From: a candidate division NPL-UPA2 bacterium Unc8
GTDB taxonomy: Bacteria; NPL-UPA2
Direction: 5' to 3'
Length of the DNA stretch: 64,000 nt
Assembly (NCBI GenBank): GCA_003574845.1
Contig: NDHY01000005.1
Coordinates: 3,342 to 67,341, forward strand
Position 1 is the stretch's first letter, and every line of letters begins with the position of its first letter. Below, piece after piece: positions 48,169 through 59,500 of the stretch. A program made the translations under genes and the position numbers. Below the pieces are notes generated by a model. It was given only the letters and a program-made list of their open reading frames with translations. It did no database searches and was not told the DNA's origin.

Positions 48169-48805
48169 CTTCCCTCTCCTTCAGCAAAACCTCTCCTTTA
48201 AAAATCCAGACTTTTACACCAACTACTCCATACACAGTCTTTGCTATGGCTGTCCCATAATCTATATCTGCTCTTAGAGTATGCATGGGAACTTTTCCTT
48301 CACGGTACCACTCACCTCGCCTCATTTCTGCTCCAGCCAAGCGGCCACTACAAGCAACTCTAACCCCTTTTGCTCCAAGCTTCATAGCTATTGATACCGC
48401 TTTCTTCATTGCTCTTCGGAATGGAGCCCTTTTCTGAAGCTGCTGAGCAATGTTCTCGGCTACAAGCCGGGCATCCAATGCCGGATTTGCAATTTCCTTA
48501 ATATCAATGAATACCTGCTTCCCTACCTCCTTTTCTATATTATCTCTTAAGCGATCAACCTCAGCCCCTTTTCTCCCAACTACCATTGCCGGATGAGCAG
48601 TGTGTATAGTAATTCTTATTCTGTCTGAGGCCCTCTCAATCTCAATCCTGGAGATTCCAGCAAAAGGAAGTCGTTGTCTAATAAGTTTGCGAGTTTTGAT
48701 ATCAACCTGGATTGCATTGCCATAATCCCTGCGAGCAAACCACCGCGAATCCCATGTGCGAATGTAACCCAATCTCAATCCAACCGGATGTGCTTTCTGT
48801 CCCAC
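48134..48805 (-). CDS. rpsC: 30S ribosomal protein S3
   Basis: [30 protein letters not shown]. Confidence 0.97.
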   Translation of the reverse strand: MGQKAHPVGLRLGYIRTWDSRWFARRDYGNAIQVDIKTRKLIRQRLPFAGISRIEIERASDRIRITIHTAHPAMVVGRKGAEVDRLRDNIEKEVGKQVFIDIKEIANPALDARLVAENIAQQLQKRAPFRRAMKKAVSIAMKLGAKGVRVACSGRLAGAEMRRGEWYREGKVPMHTLRADIDYGTAIAKTVYGVVGVKVWIFKGEVLLKEREGAAATKKNKVS

Positions 48806-48807
48806 AA

Positions 48808-49146
48808 TTAATCCTTTTCCCTGAGCACAATAGTAATGTGGCTTGACCTTTTCAGTATCGGGGTAACCACACCCCTTGCCCGTGGCATTCCTCTTTTTAA
48901 AGACGGCCCTCCATCCACACGCGCCTCTGCAACATAGAGTTGGCCAACCCTTGCCTTGGTTTTTCCTTCTCCAGCATTTGAGATAGCGGATTTAAGCACC
49001 TTCTCTACAGGCTTTGCAGCAGCCCGCCGCACAAATCTAACAAGAGCAACAGCTTCCTCAACGTCTTTCCCCCTGATTAGATCAACCACCTGCCTCAATT
49101 TATATGGGGAAAGAGGGATATGTTTTGTAACTGCTTTAGCTTCCAT
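48808..49146 (-). CDS. rplV: 50S ribosomal protein L22
   Basis: SPYKLR, PRARG, KRSSHIT. Confidence 0.96.
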   Translation of the reverse strand: MEAKAVTKHIPLSPYKLRQVVDLIRGKDVEEAVALVRFVRRAAAKPVEKVLKSAISNAGEGKTKARVGQLYVAEARVDGGPSLKRGMPRARGVVTPILKRSSHITIVLREKD

Positions 49147-49151
49147 AATTC

Positions 49152-49439
49152 CTATGTCTTCGCCGCAGATTTCCTATCAGTATGAGCCCCATGTGATTTA
49201 AATATCCTTGTTGGAGCAAACTCACCTAACTTGTGTCCCACCATTTCCTCGGTTACATAAACAGGGATAAACTTTTTTCCATTATGAACTGCAAATGTAA
49301 AACCAACAAACTCCGGGGATATCATCGTCCGCCGCGCCCATGTCATGATCGCTTTCTTCTCCCCTGTTGCTTTAGCTTTCTGGATCTTCTTTAAGAGGAC
49401 AGCCTCTACATAGGGACCCTTTTTAACGGATCTTCCCAT
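49152..49439 (-). CDS. rpsS: 30S ribosomal protein S19
   Basis: [23 protein letters not shown]. Confidence 0.97.
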   Translation of the reverse strand: MGRSVKKGPYVEAVLLKKIQKAKATGEKKAIMTWARRTMISPEFVGFTFAVHNGKKFIPVYVTEEMVGHKLGEFAPTRIFKSHGAHTDRKSAAKT

Positions 49440-49440
49440 G

Positions 49441-50268
49441 CTATCTCCCTTTTTCTAATCTACTCTTCACAATATATCGATCTACACGTTTCTTTTTTCT
49501 AGTCTTGGGTCCACGCGTAAGTTTACCCCACGGAGTACAAGGATGACGACCGCCGGAGCTTTTGCCTTCGCCACCACCCAGGGGATGGTCCACAGGATTC
49601 ATAGCTACTCCTCTTACCCGGGGCCGTCTTCCCATCCAGCGGGTGCGACCAGCTTTCCCAGAGCGCACAGCGCGATGCTCTATGTTACCCACCTGGCCAA
49701 GCGTAGCCTGGCAGTCCAGCTTGATAAGCCTATGCTCTCCAGACGGCAGTCTGACCGTAGCATATTCACCTTCCTTGGATAAGATGTAGGCAACATCACC
49801 CGCGCCTCTAACAAGTTGGCCACCCATACCTGGTTTCAGCTCAATATTGTGAATTGCAACTCCCTCTGGAATGCACCGCAGAGATGTGGCATTTCCAACA
49901 TTCATTTCTACATCAACTCCTGAGGTAATCACATCCCCGGATTTTAGCCCCACAGGTGCAATGATATACCGCTTCTCGCCATCGTGATAATGAAGGAGAG
50001 CAATTCTTGAAGAGCGGTTTGGGTCATACTCAATTTCGGCTACCTTTGCAGAAATGTCATTTTTATTCCGATGGAAATCAATTACCCGATAGCAGCGCTT
50101 GTGCCCACCGCCTCGATGCCTGACTGAGATTCTTCCCTGAGAACCTCTTCCAGCCATTTTCTTTAGTGGCTTGACGAGGCTCCGCTCTGGAGAAGAACGG
50201 GTAATCTCAGCAAAATCGGAACCGGTTCTGTGTCTCATTGCAGGGGTTGTTGGCTTATATTTTTTCAT
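49441..50268 (-). CDS. rplB: 50S ribosomal protein L2
   Basis: [30 protein letters not shown]. Confidence 0.97.
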   Translation of the reverse strand: MKKYKPTTPAMRHRTGSDFAEITRSSPERSLVKPLKKMAGRGSQGRISVRHRGGGHKRCYRVIDFHRNKNDISAKVAEIEYDPNRSSRIALLHYHDGEKRYIIAPVGLKSGDVITSGVDVEMNVGNATSLRCIPEGVAIHNIELKPGMGGQLVRGAGDVAYILSKEGEYATVRLPSGEHRLIKLDCQATLGQVGNIEHRAVRSGKAGRTRWMGRRPRVRGVAMNPVDHPLGGGEGKSSGGRHPCTPWGKLTRGPKTRKKKRVDRYIVKSRLEKGR

Positions 50269-50558
50269 GTGAGCTCTATCTTATCCCCTTCTTTCAGAGT
50301 AACAATTGCCTTTTTCCGGTCAGGTCTTCTCCCAACGCGATAGCGCACGCGCTTTTTTTTACCATGCATTGTTATGGTATTTACATTCACTACACTTACT
50401 TTAAACATCTCCGAGACTGCCTTCTTTATCTGGATTTTATTGGCAGACTTTGCCACAACAAAGGCATACTTCCTATCCCCGGCCATCTCCGCTAACTTCT
50501 CAGTTATAATCGGATTCCTTATAATCGTAGAAGCATCCACTTCTTCACCTCTTGCCAC
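50265..50558 (-). CDS. rplW: 50S ribosomal protein L23
   Basis: [20 protein letters not shown]; start uncertain (GTG 50558 or 50540). Confidence 0.95.
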   Translation of the reverse strand: MARGEEVDASTIIRNPIITEKLAEMAGDRKYAFVVAKSANKIQIKKAVSEMFKVSVVNVNTITMHGKKKRVRYRVGRRPDRKKAIVTLKEGDKIELT

Positions 50559-50559
50559 C

Positions 50560-50592
50560 TCAACCGCTCTCTCTACTCTCTACTTACTCATT
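50560..50592 (-). repeat. AGAGAGT-type array at rplD end
   Basis: On +: ctctct ctactct ctactta ctcattt. Confidence 0.6.
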
Positions 50593-51224
50593 TTGCACTT
50601 TGAAGTTCTTATGCTTTCAATAGCTTCTAAAGCATCCACTGTTAAGATGAGCTTATCATGGCTTAATATTTCATAGGCATTTAATGTCGAGGGAGAGCTC
50701 ATATTAAGTCTCTTAATATTACGCGCTGACCTTTTGAGAAGATCATCGCCACTCGTAACAACCAACAGCACCTTCTTTTTAATGTTTAGCGAATGCAGGA
50801 TTGATGCCATCTCTTTTGTCTTTCCTTTCTCCACGTTAACTCTATCAACAACAATAATGCCATCTTCTTTCATTTTTGCCATAAGTGCTGAGACAAGAGC
50901 AGATTTTCTTTGACGCTTTAAAACAGAAAGTGAGTAATCTCGTGGCTGAGGCCCAAAAGCGACACCCCCTCCCCTCCAGATCGGAGATTGCCGTGTTCCT
51001 GCACGTGCTCTTCCTGTCCCTTTCTGTCGCCAGGGCTTTCTCCTGCTGCCACTTACTTCCGATCGTCTCTTGGTGCTGGCAGTTCCGCGCCTCTGCCGCG
51101 AAAGGTGAGTACGCACTGCCTGATAAAGCAAGCCTTCATTGACAGATGCATCAAAGACCTTGTTAAGGAGAGAAATCTTGCCAATTACCTCTCCTCTAAT
51201 ATTATAAAGATCTACATTTTCCAT
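50580..51224 (-). CDS. rplD: 50S ribosomal protein L4
   Basis: [29 protein letters not shown]; ATG 51224. Confidence 0.96.
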   Translation of the reverse strand: MENVDLYNIRGEVIGKISLLNKVFDASVNEGLLYQAVRTHLSRQRRGTASTKRRSEVSGSRRKPWRQKGTGRARAGTRQSPIWRGGGVAFGPQPRDYSLSVLKRQRKSALVSALMAKMKEDGIIVVDRVNVEKGKTKEMASILHSLNIKKKVLLVVTSGDDLLKRSARNIKRLNMSSPSTLNAYEILSHDKLILTVDALEAIESIRTSKCKMSK

Positions 51225-51235
51225 CTTACACCTTC

Positions 51236-51275
51236 TCGTCACTCATCACTCATTACTCACTACTTACCACTCACT
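51236..51275 (-). repeat. heptamer array rplC-rplD spacer
   Basis: On +: cactcat cactcat tactcac tacttac cactcac. Confidence 0.8.
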
Positions 51276-51908
51276 TGTTTTTTTTATCGCTCTTCTTATA
51301 ATAACATACCCGCCATTAGCCCCGGGAATAGCACCCTTGACAGTAAGCAGATTTTCTTCCATATTAATGTGCACTATTTCTAAGTTTTGACAGGTTACTT
51401 TTGCACCACCCATTCTTCCAGGCATTTTTTTCCCCTTAAAGACGCGTGATGGATCTGCTGATCCGCTCCCGATTGAGCCCGGACGTCGATGCCATTTGTG
51501 TGCTCCATGAGTTGCCGGGCCTCCAGCAAATCCCCACCGCTTCATCACTCCGGTGAATCCTCTCCCCTTTGACACTCCTATAACATCAACATAATTCCCA
51601 ACTTTAAAGATATCCACTCTAATTTCATCTGTTTCTTTATAATCATCCAGGTTAGTAACCCTGAATTCCCGAAGTACTTTTTTTGACTTCACACCTACCC
51701 GCCTAAAATGACCACGCTCAGGACTATTACTATTCTTTTCCTTTTTATCCTCAAATCCAAGCTGAACAGCCGCATAGCCTTCTTTCTCTCGTGACTTTTT
51801 TTGAATAACCGAACATGGGCCAGCTTTTAGAATTGTTACAGGAATCACCCGTCCACCCTCATTAAAGAGTTGACCCATCCTTATCTTTTTACCAATTAAT
51901 CCAATCAT
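51264..51908 (-). CDS. rplC: 50S ribosomal protein L3
   Basis: GYAAVQLG, SKGRGFTG, GKKMPGRMG, KGAIPG. Confidence 0.97.
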   Translation of the reverse strand: MIGLIGKKIRMGQLFNEGGRVIPVTILKAGPCSVIQKKSREKEGYAAVQLGFEDKKEKNSNSPERGHFRRVGVKSKKVLREFRVTNLDDYKETDEIRVDIFKVGNYVDVIGVSKGRGFTGVMKRWGFAGGPATHGAHKWHRRPGSIGSGSADPSRVFKGKKMPGRMGGAKVTCQNLEIVHINMEENLLTVKGAIPGANGGYVIIRRAIKKTSEW

Positions 51909-51915
51909 CGGATTG

Positions 51916-52254
51916 CTATAATTTTATTCCTATGTCAATACCACTGGGGAGGTCCAGCTTTCTCAACGCCGCTACCGTCTTAGAATTTGGTTCTATTATG
52001 TCCAGTAACCTCTCATGAGTACGAATCTCAAACTGTTCTCTTGATTTCTTATCAACATGCGGGGAGCGAAGCACTGTAAATACCTCTTTTTTCGTAGGTA
52101 GAGGAATTGGGCCTGAGACATCTGCTCCAGTCCTCCTTATTGTCTCAACAACTTCCCGGGTAGATTGGTCAAGAACCCTGTGGTCATATGCCCTTATCTT
52201 GACCCTGATTCTCGCCTCCTGTTTTGCTATACTTGCTTTCTTCTTTTCCGTCAC
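51916..52254 (-). CDS. rpsJ: 30S ribosomal protein S10
   Basis: [21 protein letters not shown]. Confidence 0.97.
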   Translation of the reverse strand: MTEKKKASIAKQEARIRVKIRAYDHRVLDQSTREVVETIRRTGADVSGPIPLPTKKEVFTVLRSPHVDKKSREQFEIRTHERLLDIIEPNSKTVAALRKLDLPSGIDIGIKL

Positions 52255-52310
52255 ATCTACTCCTTAATTCCAGATAACTATTCAGGTATTCTGACTTCTT
52301 GAGTAGTTAC

Positions 52311-53507
52311 TCATTCAATAATCTCAGAAACAACTCCTGCTCCAATGGTGCGTCCTCCCTCCCTTATGGCAAAGCGCAATTCCTTCTCCATGGCAATAGG
52401 GGTAATTAGCTCTCCTTCAATGGTTACATTATCACCAGGCATCACCATTTCAACATCCTTAGGAAGTTTAGTTATCCCGGTTACGTCTGTTGTGCGAAAA
52501 TAAAACTGAGGGCGGTAACCATTAAAGAATGGAGTATGTCTGCCACCTTCCTCTTTCTTCAGGATGTACACCTGAGCCTTAAACCTGGTATGAGGAGTTA
52601 TGGAGCCTGTCTTGGCAAATACCTGCCCTCTTTTTACAACATCCTTTTCCACTCCACGTAAGAGAAGTCCGGCATTGTCTCCGGCCTGACCACTATCAAG
52701 GGTCTTACGGAACATCTCTACTCCTGTCACCACTGCTTTTTTTATCTCATCAGTCATTCCAATGACTTCTATTTCATCTCCTACCTTTACCACTCCTCTT
52801 TCAATTCTGCCAGTGCCCACAGTCCCCCGGCCAGTGATGGAGAAAACATCCTCTATTGCCATCAGGAAGGGCTTGTCTATGTCCCGTTTTGGGACAGGGA
52901 TATATTCATCAACGGCTTTTATAAGCTCCTTGATGCTATCACACTTACTATTCTCGACATCTGGAGTATTTAATGCCTCAAGAGCGCTTCCCTTGATTAC
53001 CGGAATTTCTTCTCCGGGAAACTCATACTCAGAGAGAAGTTCACGCACCTCAAGTTCAACAAGCTCTAATATCTCCGGGTCATCTACCTGGTCAACTTTG
53101 TTTAAGAAAACGACAATGTAGGGAACTCCTACCTGGCGGGCAAGGAGTATGTGTTCTCTGGTTTGGGGCATTGGCCCATCAGCGGCTGAGACCACCAGTA
53201 TTGCTCCATCCATCTGAGCAGCTCCGGTAATCATGTTTTTGATGTAATCAGCATGCCCTGGGCAATCAATGTGAGCATAGTGGCGTTTTTCTGTTTCATA
53301 CTCAGCGTGGAAGATTTGAATTGTGATCCCCCTTTCCTTCTCCTCCGGGGCACTATCAATCTCACTAACGCTCTTTGCTACGGCTCCTCCCTTAGCAGAA
53401 AGAACCCGCGTGATGGCGGCAGTCAAGGTAGTCTTGCCATGGTCAACATGACCAATTGTTCCCACATTTACATGCGGCTTGCTCCGTATGAACTTTTCCT
53501 TTGCCAT
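52311..53507 (-). CDS. tuf: elongation factor Tu
   Basis: [31 protein letters not shown]. Confidence 0.98.
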   Translation of the reverse strand: MAKEKFIRSKPHVNVGTIGHVDHGKTTLTAAITRVLSAKGGAVAKSVSEIDSAPEEKERGITIQIFHAEYETEKRHYAHIDCPGHADYIKNMITGAAQMDGAILVVSAADGPMPQTREHILLARQVGVPYIVVFLNKVDQVDDPEILELVELEVRELLSEYEFPGEEIPVIKGSALEALNTPDVENSKCDSIKELIKAVDEYIPVPKRDIDKPFLMAIEDVFSITGRGTVGTGRIERGVVKVGDEIEVIGMTDEIKKAVVTGVEMFRKTLDSGQAGDNAGLLLRGVEKDVVKRGQVFAKTGSITPHTRFKAQVYILKKEEGGRHTPFFNGYRPQFYFRTTDVTGITKLPKDVEMVMPGDNVTIEGELITPIAMEKELRFAIREGGRTIGAGVVSEIIE

Positions 53508-53509
53508 AG

Positions 53510-55582
53510 TTAGGGTCCTCCTGTTTTTCCCAGAATCTCCTCCTTTGTCTTCTCGGCAACCTCTCGGTAGTGCTCAAACTCCATAACAAAGTTTCCCCGG
53601 CCCTGAGTCATTGATCTTAAAACCATCGCATAGCCAAACATTTCCGAAAGAGGAACAAGTGCACTAATAATCCTTATCTCTCTGTTACCTCCCGTCTCCT
53701 CTATCTTCCCTCGCCGCGATGCAAGGTTACTTAAAACTTCCCCTGCATATTCATTAGGAACATTAACTTCAACAGCCATGATCGGCTCCATGAGAATGGA
53801 TCTTCCTTTCCTTGCTACTTCCTGAAAAGCCATTGATGCTGCCATTTCAAATGCCAAATCAGAGGAATCTACCTCATGATAAGAACCATCAATCACAGCA
53901 ACTTTAATATCAACAACAGGATATCCTGATAGAACACCATTCATCATTGCCCGACGTATCCCTCTTTCAATTGATGAGATAAATTCTCTGGGAATTGATT
54001 CTCCTTTAAGTTTGTTGACAAATTCAAATCCGCTACCTCTGGGCAATGGTTCAATTTCTATCCGTACATGACCATACTGCCCCCTCCCTCCTGTCTGACG
54101 AACAAACTTCCCTTCTCCTGCTGCCGATCTGGTTAATGTCTCTCTATAGGCTACGTGAGGAACGCCTACTTTTGTTTCAACTTTAAATTCACGGCGCAGT
54201 CTTTCTACTAAAACTTCCAGGTGAAATTCTCCCATTCCAGCAATAACTATCTGTCCCGTTTCCTTATCTACCTTTACCTTGAAAGTAGGATCTTCTTCTG
54301 AAAGCCGGCGCAGGGAGAGGCCTAACTTATCTTGATCGGCCTTAGTTTTTGACTCAACTGTAATCCAGGCTATCGGCTCAGGAAAGTGAATTGACTCCAT
54401 AATTAATGGGTAACCTACAGCAGACAGGGTATCTCCTGTTATCGTATTCTTGAGACCAACAATAGCAACAATATCTCCGGCAAGAATCTCTTCTTTTTCT
54501 TTACGTTCGTTGGCATGCATTTCTAAGACTCTTTCCACTCTTTCTTTATGCTGCAACCTGCTATTGTAGACGCTCTCACGACGAGAGAGCTTCCCTGAGT
54601 AGGCACGGATATACACCAGTCTTCCCACATAAGGATCAGAAACAATTTTAAACGCTAGCGCCGAGAAAGGAGAGCCATTGTCTGCGGCCCGCACCTCTGC
54701 GGCTCCAGTTACCGGTTCTCGCCCCTTAACTGGTGGAACATCTAAAGGAGAGGGAAGATAATCAACAATGGCATCGAGCAAAGGCTGGAGTCCCTTCATC
54801 TTCAGCGCGGCTCCACAGAGAACAGGGATAAATGACTCTTCAAGTACAATTTTGCGTAAGGAAAGTAGAAGCTCTTCAGGAGATATTTCTATCTCCTCCA
54901 GGTATTTATGCATTATCTCATCGTCGCTATGAGCTGCCCGCTCAATTAATTTGTTATGATATTCTTTAGCATCAGAAAGAAGCTCTTCTCTAATATCCTT
55001 GACTGCGCAGTCCAAATCATTTTCTTTGTAGATGATTTCCTTCATCCGCACTATATCAACTGCACCGCAAAAACCATCCTCCTTGCCAATGGGGAGCTGC
55101 ACTGGAAGCGCATCAGCACCAAGTTTTTCACTTATTTCAGCAACAACTGTCAAGAAATCTGCTCCAACCCGATCCATCTTATTAATAAAAGCAATTCTTG
55201 GAATATGATATTTATTTGCCTGGCGCCAGACAGCTTCTGACTGCGGCTCTACTCCTCCAACACCGCAAAAAACGGCCACAGAGCCGTCAAGAATTCGGAG
55301 TGACCGCTCAACCTCAGCGGTGAAATCAATATGCCCGGGGGTATCAATGATATTAATACAATGATTCTTCCAAGAACACGTTGTTGCCGCAGCAGTAATG
55401 GTTACTCCTCTCTCTTTTTCCTGCTCCATCCAGTCCATTGTTGCGGTCCCTTCATCAACCATACCAAAACGATGCACTTTCCCGGTACAATAGAGAAGCC
55501 CCTCAGTGGTGGTGGTTTTCCCAGCATCAACGTGAGCCATAATGCCAATATTCCTTACCATTGATATAGGATATTTCCGCAC
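53510..55582 (-). CDS. fusA: elongation factor G
   Basis: [27 protein letters not shown]; GTG 55582 (SD GGGAG after rpsG stop) gives 690 aa. Confidence 0.96.
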   Translation of the reverse strand: MRKYPISMVRNIGIMAHVDAGKTTTTEGLLYCTGKVHRFGMVDEGTATMDWMEQEKERGVTITAAATTCSWKNHCINIIDTPGHIDFTAEVERSLRILDGSVAVFCGVGGVEPQSEAVWRQANKYHIPRIAFINKMDRVGADFLTVVAEISEKLGADALPVQLPIGKEDGFCGAVDIVRMKEIIYKENDLDCAVKDIREELLSDAKEYHNKLIERAAHSDDEIMHKYLEEIEISPEELLLSLRKIVLEESFIPVLCGAALKMKGLQPLLDAIVDYLPSPLDVPPVKGREPVTGAAEVRAADNGSPFSALAFKIVSDPYVGRLVYIRAYSGKLSRRESVYNSRLQHKERVERVLEMHANERKEKEEILAGDIVAIVGLKNTITGDTLSAVGYPLIMESIHFPEPIAWITVESKTKADQDKLGLSLRRLSEEDPTFKVKVDKETGQIVIAGMGEFHLEVLVERLRREFKVETKVGVPHVAYRETLTRSAAGEGKFVRQTGGRGQYGHVRIEIEPLPRGSGFEFVNKLKGESIPREFISSIERGIRRAMMNGVLSGYPVVDIKVAVIDGSYHEVDSSDLAFEMAASMAFQEVARKGRSILMEPIMAVEVNVPNEYAGEVLSNLASRRGKIEETGGNREIRIISALVPLSEMFGYAMVLRSMTQGRGNFVMEFEHYREVAEKTKEEILGKTGGP

Positions 55583-55604
55583 CGCTTGCTTACTCCCACT
55601 GTTT

Positions 55605-56075
55605 TTACCATCTGTAATGAGCAAAGGCCCTATTTGCCTCAGCCATACGATGGGTATTCTCCTTTTTCTTAACCGCGGCCCCCTCTCCTTTAGCCGCATC
55701 CATAAGCTCCCGTGCCAGCTTCTCTGTTGTCGGAAGTCCTTTTTGACTCCGTGCTGCATCAATGATCCAGCGAATAGCAAGTCTATTTCTCCTATCCGGC
55801 CCAACCTCTACGGGAATCTGATAGGTAGCACCTCCCACCCGACGTGATCTTACCTCCAGGACCGGCTTTGTCCGATCAATCGCCTCGGTGAAAACACCCA
55901 AAGGAGGCTGCTTGGTTTTTTTCTCAATCAAATCAAGAGATGAATAAAAAATAGTTTCAGCAACGCTCTTTTTCCCTTTTCGCATTAAACAGTTAATGAA
56001 CTTGGCAACAAGGTAATTATTATACCTTGAGTCAGGTGGCACCGATCGCTCTTTTACCTCTCTCCTTCTTGGCAT
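55605..56075 (-). CDS. rpsG: 30S ribosomal protein S7
   Basis: [29 protein letters not shown]. Confidence 0.97.
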   Translation of the reverse strand: MPRRREVKERSVPPDSRYNNYLVAKFINCLMRKGKKSVAETIFYSSLDLIEKKTKQPPLGVFTEAIDRTKPVLEVRSRRVGGATYQIPVEVGPDRRNRLAIRWIIDAARSQKGLPTTEKLARELMDAAKGEGAAVKKKENTHRMAEANRAFAHYRW

Positions 56076-56084
56076 TCTTCCTAC

Positions 56085-56150
56085 CTCTCTACTCTTTAGT
56101 CTATGGTCTATAGTCTATAGTCTATAGTCTATAGTCTATTAGTACTATAG
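56085..56150 (-). repeat. (AGTCTAT)x6 array rpsL-rpsG spacer
   Basis: 56098-56139: agtctat ggtctat agtctat agtctat agtctat agtctat. Confidence 0.9.
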
Positions 56151-56160
56151 CCTGCTTTTA

Positions 56161-56535
56161 TTAACCTTTTGGTCTTTTTGCTCCATAGTGTGAGCGACTC
56201 TTTCTTCTTCCTTCCACCCCAGCAGTATCAAGTACCCCTCTTACCACATGATATCTTATCCCAGGAAGGTCTTTCACGCTTCCTCCACGGACAAGGACAA
56301 TGGAATATTCCTGAAGATTGTGCCCAATACCCGGGATATAAGCGGTTATCACCATTCCATTAGAGAGTCTCACACGAGCTACCTTACGTAAGGCTGAATT
56401 GGGCTTCCTAGGGTTCATCGTGCTCACCTTAAGGCAGACCCCCCTCTTCTGGGGAGAACAGCGAAGGGCAGCTCTCTTTGTGCTCTTTCTTCCCTTTTTT
56501 CTTCCTTTTCTAATTAATTGATTTAACGTCGGCAT
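56161..56535 (-). CDS. rpsL: 30S ribosomal protein S12
   Basis: [21 protein letters not shown]. Confidence 0.97.
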   Translation of the reverse strand: MPTLNQLIRKGRKKGRKSTKRAALRCSPQKRGVCLKVSTMNPRKPNSALRKVARVRLSNGMVITAYIPGIGHNLQEYSIVLVRGGSVKDLPGIRYHVVRGVLDTAGVEGRRKSRSHYGAKRPKG

Positions 56536-59500
56536 CTATTGCTATATGGTAATGATGACTCATCCCCGTACCAGCAGGGATGAGACGTCCTAAAACCACA
56601 TTCTCTTTTAAGCTTTTTAGTTCATCCTTTCTTCCATTAAAAGCAGCATCGGTAAGAACACGAGTTGTCTCCTGAAAAGAGGCAGCAGCAATAAAGCTAT
56701 CTGTAGATAGAGAAGCCCTTGTAATTCCTAATATCACCGGGGCCGCCCTGGCAGGTCTCTTTCCTTCGGTTTTAAGCTTTTCATTTTCTTCCTCAAATTT
56801 CCACCTATCAATCTGATCTCCAATTAAAAATGCAGTGTCTCCTTTATTTTCAATCTCAATCCGACGTAACATCTGCCGGATGATTAACTCAATATGTTTA
56901 TCATTAATTGTTACACCTTGCAACCAATAAATTTCCTGAATCTGATCAATGAGGTGCCTTTGAAGATTCTTTATGCCCCTTACTCTCAATATATCCTGGA
57001 GCACAACTGGTCCATCAGTCAGTGGCTGACCTGCGCTGACCATCTCCCCCTTATAAATGGTCATATGTTTCCCCGGAGGAACAAGATACTCCCTTTTCAT
57101 CCCTGTTTCCTCATTCTTTACAATAATTTTTCTTTTCTCTCCAACCGACTCAGTAAATTCCACTATTCCGTCTATCTCAGTAATAACTGCTGGGTTCTTT
57201 GGTCGGCGAGCTTCAAATAATTCTACTATTCGCGGAAGGCCACCGGTAATATCAACAGTTCCAGCAACTTCCCGTGGTGTCTTAGATAGTAAATCTCCAG
57301 GAGAAACCCTGTCTCTTTCCCGAACAACTATACATGCCCGAGGTGGAAGTCCATAGTAACCAAGAATTTGTTTACTGGCATCTCTGATTACAATTTGCGG
57401 ATGAAGGTCTGCTTTGTGTTCAGTAATTACCTTTGTCGTTAGCCCGGTTGCTCGGTCAAACTCCTCCTGGACCGTCACCCCAAGTACAATGTCTTCAAAT
57501 TCAACATTTCCCTCAATCTCACTCAAGATAGGCCGCATATACGGGTCCCAGCTCGCAAGTAAATCTCCTTTGGCAACACTCACTCCACTCTCACAAGCGA
57601 TTACTGCCCCTGGAAGAACTATGTGTCGCTCAAGTTCCCCTCCTTCCTTATTGCAGATGAGAATAGCGCCATTGCGATTAAGCACAATGGTTTGCTGTTC
57701 CTTGTTTTTAATCGTTTTTAATCTATAATAGTGGACAACACCATCATCACGAGCAAAAGCCGCTGACTGTTCTATAACTCGTTGAGCTGCCCCTCCGACA
57801 TGGAATGTCCTCATTGTCAGCTGTGTTCCTGGCTCACCAATACTCTGAGCAGCGATTACCCCTACTGCTTCCCCGAGCTCAACGAGGTGGCCAGTAGATA
57901 GATTGCGGCCATAACATCGCCGGCAGATCCCCTGTCTTGTTTCACAAGTTAAAGGAGAGCGCACTTTGACTCTTTCAATCCCTGCTTCCTCAATCACATC
58001 TGCCAGTTCCTCTGTTATTTCATCTCTGTTCTTAACTATAATATTGCCTAATTGCGGAATAATGATATCATCGCATGCTATTCTTCCCACCACTCTTTTT
58101 CCCAGAGAAACGAGCTCCTCCATACCACCATAGATTGCTTCTACTTCAATGCCATTTGGCGTCCCACAATCCTCCTCAGTAATTATCAAATCCTGAGCAA
58201 CATCCACTAACCTTCGTGTCAGGTAGCCGGAGTCAGCTGTTTTTAACGCTGTATCAGCTAAGCCCTTTCTTCCTCCATGGGTAGAGAGAAAATATTCAAG
58301 GGCTGTTAACCCCTCACGGAAATTAGCAGTAATTGGAGTCTCAATAATTTCTCCAGATGACTTGGCCATTAACCCACGCATCCCCCCTAATTGTCTGATC
58401 TGTAGCCGTGAACCACGCGCTCCACTATCAGCCATCATAAAGATTGAATTAAATTGACCATCCTTACTACTTTTCTCCATCTGCTCAAAAACAAGGTTAG
58501 AAATTTTATCAGTGCAGCGGGTCCACAGGTCAATAATTCTATTGTGCCTTTCCCCGTTGGTAATCAGCCCACGATGATATTGTTCCTTAATTTCATTAAC
58601 TTTACCCTTTGCTTCCTTTAAAATACTATTCTTCGCCGGTGGAATTACACTATCATCAATAGCAATAGAAATCCCTGCAGTTGTAACAACCTCAAAACCA
58701 ATATCCTTGATACTGTCTAAGAGCTGCACTGCCTCTTCAGCGCCACACTGGCGATGAACAATGCCAATAAGATGAGAGAGGTCAGACTTCTTCAATTCCT
58801 GATTAACGAAGGGAATTAGGGGAGGAAGCAGAGTATTAAAGATGACTCTGCCAACCGTGGTTGTCACTAACTTTCTCCCTCTGCATATCTTTATCATGGC
58901 CTGGATATCAACATAGCCATTCCTCCAGGCAATCTCAACCTCGCCAGGGTCAGAGAATATTTTGCCCTCTCCCTTTGCTCCAGCTCTCTCTTTTGTCAGA
59001 TAGTAGCAGCCAAGAACAATATCCTGGGTAGGAACCGCAATCGGCTCACCACTCGCTGGCGAAAGGACATTGCGGGAGGAGAGCATAAGAAGATAAGCCT
59101 CCATCTGCGCCTCAGTAGAAAGCGGAATGTGAACAGCCATTTGGTCTCCATCAAAATCTGCATTAAAGGCAGTACAAACCAAAGGATGAATGTGAATGGC
59201 ATTCCCTTCTACCAGGGTAGGCTGAAATGCCTGAATACCAAGACGATGCAATGTTGGCGCTCTATTCAGAAGGACCATGTGGTCTTTAACAACCTCCTCT
59301 AAAATCTTCCATATCTCATGCCCTATTTTTTCGAAGGTGCGCTTAGCACCTCTAATAGTGTGTGCTAATCCACGTTCTCTTAGCTTTTCAAGAATAAATG
59401 GCTCAAATAATTCCAGTGCCATCCTCCTTGGAAGCCCGCATTGAGAGAATTTAAGCTTTGGGTTGACAACAACAACCGAGCGCCCTGAGTAGTCCGCACG

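Noticed and set aside
55583-55804. 74-aa N-terminal extension of EF-G
   Set aside because: Overlaps rpsG in another frame; GTG 55582 with SD gives a canonical-length EF-G.
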